Source: Octopus sinensis
Lineage: Eukaryota
Direction of reading: 5' to 3'
Length of the DNA stretch: 64,000 nucleotides
Assembly (NCBI RefSeq): GCF_006345805.1
Contig: NC_043007.1
Span: 65,596,001-65,660,000 of the forward strand
The position numbers and the translations under genes are program-made. This document shows, one piece after another, positions 58,301 to 64,000 of the stretch. The notes below the pieces were generated by a model. It worked only from the letters and a program-made list of their open reading frames with translations, was not told the origin of the DNA and searched no databases. Within the stretch, counting starts at the first letter, position 1. Each line of letters opens with the position of its first letter.

Positions 58301-59899
58301 GGTTGGGAGGGGGGTTCTTTCCCACAAGTTTAATTTTCTCGTTATACCATTGTTAGGAGGGCCATTAATCACGGCTAAAGATCCTGTGTTAGACAGGAGA
58401 CAGGGTCTTCATCACACCGAACGCCAATCCGGTTTCTCTTATTTTGGTAAGATCACTTAAATAATAGCATTCCATCACGGTTCTCTTGTCTTTCTATATC
58501 TTTCTATAAGGGCAATCTGTCGTTTTTATCCTCGAGGTACTCATAATTATCATCACTGTTATCCTGAGCCGTTAACGGTATCATCAACAATACTAATAAA
58601 GCAATACTATTTGGATGGCCATTGAAAGCACATCACACTTAAAAGTGTCCAAGTTTTCAAAAATGTTTAGAATGCTCAGAACAGTCACTGTATATTTGTA
58701 AAGGTATGTTGAAATGATTAATTTTCAACCAGATATCGATATTAGGATAATTTCTTCCAGATCTACACTATTTGGAAGATATAGAAAATATTTGTCTAGA
58801 AAATAGCACATCTAGTTTTGTCACACACGTCACACCAGGTAAATGAGAAAAGTGAACCGCAGACGTTGCCCAGCAAATCTATCATCATTTGAAAATTTGA
58901 GGTCAATGTAAATAGAGGCTTTTTATGCTGCTCTGAAGGAATTCAAGTGAATTATTATTTAGTATTTTCAATTAAAAACAGTTATTTTGTGTGACATCAC
59001 ATATGTCAAACATTTTGGATCGCTTTCAAAATATTCAACATACATTCAAGATAAGTTTTTGTTTAATGCCTGAGTAGTCAAACTTTACTGTTAAAAATGA
59101 ATCAATATAATTCTTGTAAATTTTCATGATTTATGGCTTAGAGATTTCATAATCTAAGTCTCTGAATGTCATATATGTTACACGAGAATGGCCCAGAAAC
59201 TTACTGGGCCTTTGAGGCAATTTTGTTAAACTAATTCTCAAAAGCTATATTTTTATATATATATATGAAAAGGAATAGAGAAATATTATTCAAGTATAAA
59301 ACAAAGTGAAAAACGTTTACATATAAAGTAAAGTATGCTTATTTTCCAAGCTAGAGTCTTTTGACTCATACGTTTGAGTTTCACCTTTCATGATAGCAAG
59401 AAGCGCTGTCATGTGTTTCATAATGAATCAATCAGTTTTATAATCGTTAAGATCATATATTATACTCGAACTATATTTTGATAGTGAAGTAGCAAAAGGT
59501 ATTTCTAAGTTTTTCCTAAATGCGATATTGGATAAGCCTTATGTAGATGTTTTCCTCCGTCACATACGAGGAATATCTTAGGATTATGACATAAGAGAAA
59601 CGAATACTTTTTAAATATTTTTATGATATTCGCTGAAGAAACAACAAAGATTTTTATACAACAGTAGCACACATTAGTCCTGCATTTTTTGACATTAGAC
59701 AAAGAAACAACGCGTCTTCTGTGTATGGTAGTGTCTAATTTTCCTACTTCTTTTCGGAACCAATCACTCTGAACAAATCACATTTTAATGAGTTTGTGAG
59801 TGGGTGAATGATTTTCTTGTATTTTTCATTATTCCCTATTTCAATCGCTTAGACAAATTGATCGACAAAAATTTTCCGTTACCATACACACACACATAT

Positions 59900-59942
59900 A
59901 TATATATATATATTTGCATGTGTATGCATGTATGTATGTATG

Positions 59943-59976
<34 letters not shown>

Positions 59977-60603
59977 TGTATGTATGTATGTATGTATGAT
60001 GTATGTATGTATGTATGTATGTATGTATGTATGTATGTATGTATGTATGTATGTATGTATGTATAGCGGAATAAGAAATGGAAAATCGTTGGTACATTAT
60101 TATATATTTAAAAAAAAATGAATATAAATAGTTCTGCTGATAGTTTTCTACTGATAATTGCTAAAGTGGAAAAATTATCACAAAATTATCACTTCTATTC
60201 ATTTTTTTCAAATATATATATATACACATATGTATATAAGTACGTATATATATATATATGTATATGTGTGTATATATATATATTTCAATTTCCGTTTACC
60301 AAATCCTCTCATAAAGCTTTGGTCGGCCCGCGGCTACAGTAGAAGAGACTTGCCTAAGGTGCCACGTAGTGGGACTGAACCCGGAACCATGTGGTGGTAA
60401 GCAAGATACTTACCACACACCCACTCCTGCGCCTAAATATGCATACGCACACACATATATCTGTCCATCTATCTACCTATCCATGTATACATACATACAA
60501 CATACATACATACATACATACATACACATGCACACACAACACACTCGCACACACACGTATATAATATGTATTACATCATATGCATTATGTAATGCATATA
60601 TGC

Positions 60604-60638
<35 letters not shown>

Positions 60639-61330
60639 GCATGTGTATGCATGTATGTATGTATGTATGTATGTATGTATGTATGTATGTATGTATGTAT
60701 GTATGTATGCATGATGTATGTATGTATGTATGTATGTATGTATGTAGTATGTATGTATGTATGATATGTATGTATGTATAGCGGAATAAGAAATGGAAAA
60801 TCGTTGGTACATATTATATATTTTTAAAAAAATGAATATAAATAGTTCTGCTGATAGTTTTCTACTGATAATTGCTAAAGTGGAAAAATTATCACAAAAT
60901 TATCACTTCTATTCATTTTTTTCAAATATATATATATACACATATGTATATAAGTACGTATATATATATATGTATATGTGTGTATATATATATATTTCAA
61001 TTTCCGTTTACCAAATCCTCTCATAAAGCTTTGGTCGGCCCGCGGCTACAGTAGAAGAGACTTGCCTAAGGTGCCACGTAGTGGGACTGAACCCGGAACC
61101 ATGTGGTTGGTAAGCAAGATACTTACCACACACCCACTCCTGCGCCTAAATATGCATACGCACACACATATATCTGTCCATCTATCTACCTATCCATGTA
61201 TACATACATACAAACATACATACATACAATACATACATACACATGCACACACAACACACTCGCACACACACGTATATAATATGTATTACATCATATGCAT
61301 TATGTAATGCATATATGCATATATATATAT
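59900..61330. repeat. ~714-bp tandem duplication containing a SINE family 1 head
   Basis: Near-identical ORFs at 60158/60872; agcggaataagaaatgg at about 60065 and 60780. Confidence 0.95.
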
Positions 61331-61811
61331 ATATATATATATATGTATCGGTTTCTCTGTTTTTCTCGCTTCATCTCAACCTCTCTCCTCTTCCAACTCT
61401 CAGTTATTCCTCCCCGCCCATCGTAAGTCTGACACGCAACCCCAAATTGTACCACTTCTCATCATCAATAGATATTTGAAGAGAACATTAATTAAAATAA
61501 AAGACTCCCGCTGCAGGCTATTTACAATCAGTCCCTCCGTAGCACACTAGACTGGATCTTATTGTTACATCACTCTGCTTTTCTTCTTCGCCACGCCATT
61601 CAACTGTTATCTTAGCTATTCTCTTTCTTCCTTTTTTTTTTCCTTCCTATACTTTGTTCATGCATTCACTCATTCAGTCATTCATGCATACATTTATACA
61701 CTCATTCATTTTCTTTTTCTTTATGCCCCGGCGCCCTGTTTTCTTCTTACTTTCCTACGATTTCGTTCTTGTCTTTCTTTCTTCCTTCCTTTCTTTCTTT
61801 CTTTCTTTGTC

Positions 61812-61898
<87 letters not shown>

Positions 61899-62350
61899 GT
61901 CTATCTATCTACATACATTCATACATACACATATATACATACTTGCATACATACATTGTATAAACATACAAGCATGCATGCATACACACACGCACACACA
62001 TACATTCATACATACATACATACATACATACATACATGCATGCATACATACATACATGCATACATACATACATACATACATACATTACATACATACATAC
62101 ATACATAATACATACATACACATACATACATACACATACATACATACATACATACATAATGATGTATCCCTCATTCCATTGAGCTACCAATTCTCTACAT
62201 ATCCATTTGTTTAGTCTGCTTTTCCCCTCTTTTCTTTGTCTCCCCACCACACACGTAACATTACATTACATTCAAATGTCTATGTGTATGTATGTAAATA
62301 TGTGTGTACATGTATGAATGCATGTATGTATGTATATGTATATATATATA

Positions 62351-62401
<51 letters not shown>

Positions 62402-62576
62402 TATATATATATATATACATACATACATACATACATACATACATACATGCGTACATAGATACATATGATCAAAGCGTTAGTTATGAGCAATAAAGTTTAT
62501 TGTATATTCCATTTTCCATCTCTATCATTTGTTATATATATATGTGCATACATACATGTGTGCGTGTGTGTGTGTG

Positions 62577-62617
<41 letters not shown>

Positions 62618-62714
62618 ATATTATGTTAAAAATACAAGTCCTACTAATTACAGTGCAACTCAGAGTTTCCTGGTCGAAACATTAATTTATTTTGCCTTTT
62701 TTTTTTTCAAGCGT

Positions 62715-63050
62715 TTTCATTTACCACCTCTTTTCTGTACCTGACATTCCGTCGGTTGCGATGACGAGTGTTTCAGTTGATCCGATCAGCAGAACAGCAT
62801 GCTCATAAAATTAACGTGAAAGTGGTGAGAACTCCACAGACACACGTGCCCTCAACATAGTTCTCAGGGAGATTCCTCGTGACGCACAATGTGACACGAT
62901 GAATTGTAGTTACAGCTCATTTTTGCCAGCTGAGTGGAGTAGCGCAACGTGAAATAAAGTATCTTGCTCAAGAACACAGCGTGCCGCTGGGTATCGAACT
63001 GACAACCTTATGATCGTAAGCCGTATACCCCTAACCACTAAAGCATGCCC
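62715..63050 (-). mobile_element. tRNA-derived SINE family 3
   Basis: Head with GTTCGATACCC B box; tcttgagcaagatactttatttcacgttgc central domain. Confidence 0.7.
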
Positions 63051-63119
63051 ATTCACTTTCTGTACCTAACACTGTTTTAGTACCATCTTGTAACTACTAA
63101 CCCTTCTCTTTTTCAATAC

Positions 63120-63250
63120 ATACAGGTGCAAGAGTGGCTGTGTGGTAAGAAGCGTGGCACTTTGGGTAAGTGTCTTCGACTATAGCCTCGAGCCGACCAA
63201 AGCCTTGTGAGTGGACTTGGGAGACGGAAACTGATAGAAATCAGTCGTAT
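63120..63250 (+). mobile_element. SINE family 1 5' part (internally deleted)
   Basis: gagtggctgtgtggtaagaag...gggtaagtgtcttcgactatagcctcg. Confidence 0.8.
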
Positions 63251-63254
63251 ATAT

Positions 63255-63478
63255 ATTTCTTTACTACCCACAAGGGGCTAAACACAGAGGGGACAAACAA
63301 GGACAGACAAACGGATTAAGTCGATTATATCGACTCCAGTGCGTGACTGGTACTTAATTTATCGACCCCGAAAGGATGAAAGGCAAAGTCGACCTCGGCG
63401 GAATTTGAACTCAGAACGTAACGGCAGACGAAATACGGCTACGCATTTCGCCCGGCGTGCTAACGTTTCTGCCAGCTC
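63255..63478 (-). mobile_element. SINE family 2, full-length monomer
   Basis: Reverse complement of 54433-54663. Confidence 0.9.
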
Positions 63479-63582
63479 ACAAGTACGTTGTGCTCTGTGT
63501 TTCATATATAACCTACTAGTCGTATATATAAATATAATATATACCGGAGTAAGCACATAAATGTGAATTGTCAGATTCTAAC

Positions 63583-63628
63583 AAAACTGTCCGACGAACG
63601 AGAACGTGAAACTCTCTGTAACTGTTTT
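63583..63628 (+). ncRNA. Type I hammerhead-like motif with one core substitution
   Basis: AAAACUGU-CCGACGA-ACG[agaa]CGU-GAAAC[ucucu]GUA^ACUGUUUU; U4 is C and stem I is 7/8 paired. Confidence 0.45.
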
Positions 63629-63669
63629 TGTGATATTTCTGCTGCTTTTAATAATATATATATATATAT

Positions 63670-63856
63670 TCGCCATAATAGATCGCTAGCCACTAAACCT
63701 TTTTTTATTTTTTCTCCCGGTTTATTTTTGTGTTCCTTTCTGTCGAATAGCGTAGGCTTGAAAGGTAAAAGACTTTCTCACTTCGCGAACGTTAAACTAA
63801 TACATCTGTTTGTTGTTTACACACCCGTCTTCGTCTTTTGCTTTTCTTGTAAATTC

Positions 63857-63860
<4 letters not shown>
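63670..63860 (+). repeat. Dispersed repeat, homolog of 33256-33410
   Basis: Colinear reverse-complement match. Confidence 0.7.
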
Positions 63861-63887
<27 letters not shown>

Positions 63888-63919
63888 TGTGTGTGTGTGT
63901 GTATTTGTGTGTTTGTGTT

Positions 63920-64000
63920 TGTCATCCCACCATCGCTTGACAACCGATGTTGGTGTGTTTACGTCCCCATAACTTAGTGGTTCGGCAAGACAGATCGCTA
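63920..64000 (+). mobile_element. SINE family 1 tail (cut by window end)
   Basis: cgcttgacaaccgatgttggtgtgtttacgtcccc. Confidence 0.85.

Overview
AT-rich, microsatellite-dense metazoan DNA with one 100-N scaffold gap (14115-14214). The SINE families and repeat landscape suggest a cephalopod, probably Octopus (inference). I found no host protein-coding gene; most ORFs in the track are translations of simple repeats. The window is an archive of mobile elements: (1) two strand-uniform stacks of site-specific R4/Dong-like non-LTR retrotransposon copies (RT + CCHC + restriction-like endonuclease), most flanked by (TAA)n tracts, including a ~2.6 kb copy with few lesions, together with six copies of a ~556-bp non-coding element that shares the same target; (2) a 25-unit 21-bp minisatellite made from RT coding sequence at one LINE's 5' truncation point; (3) a decayed Penelope-like element (GIY-YIG) and several short repeats with hammerhead-ribozyme-like folds, one of them inside a tRNA-headed SINE; (4) HERO-like LINE and mariner remnants; (5) at least four tRNA-derived SINE families; (6) long foldbacks and tandem duplications, some possibly assembly artefacts. 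Coordinates were read by eye and may be off by a few bases, more at decayed ends. Family names come from recalled consensus motifs, not from database searches.
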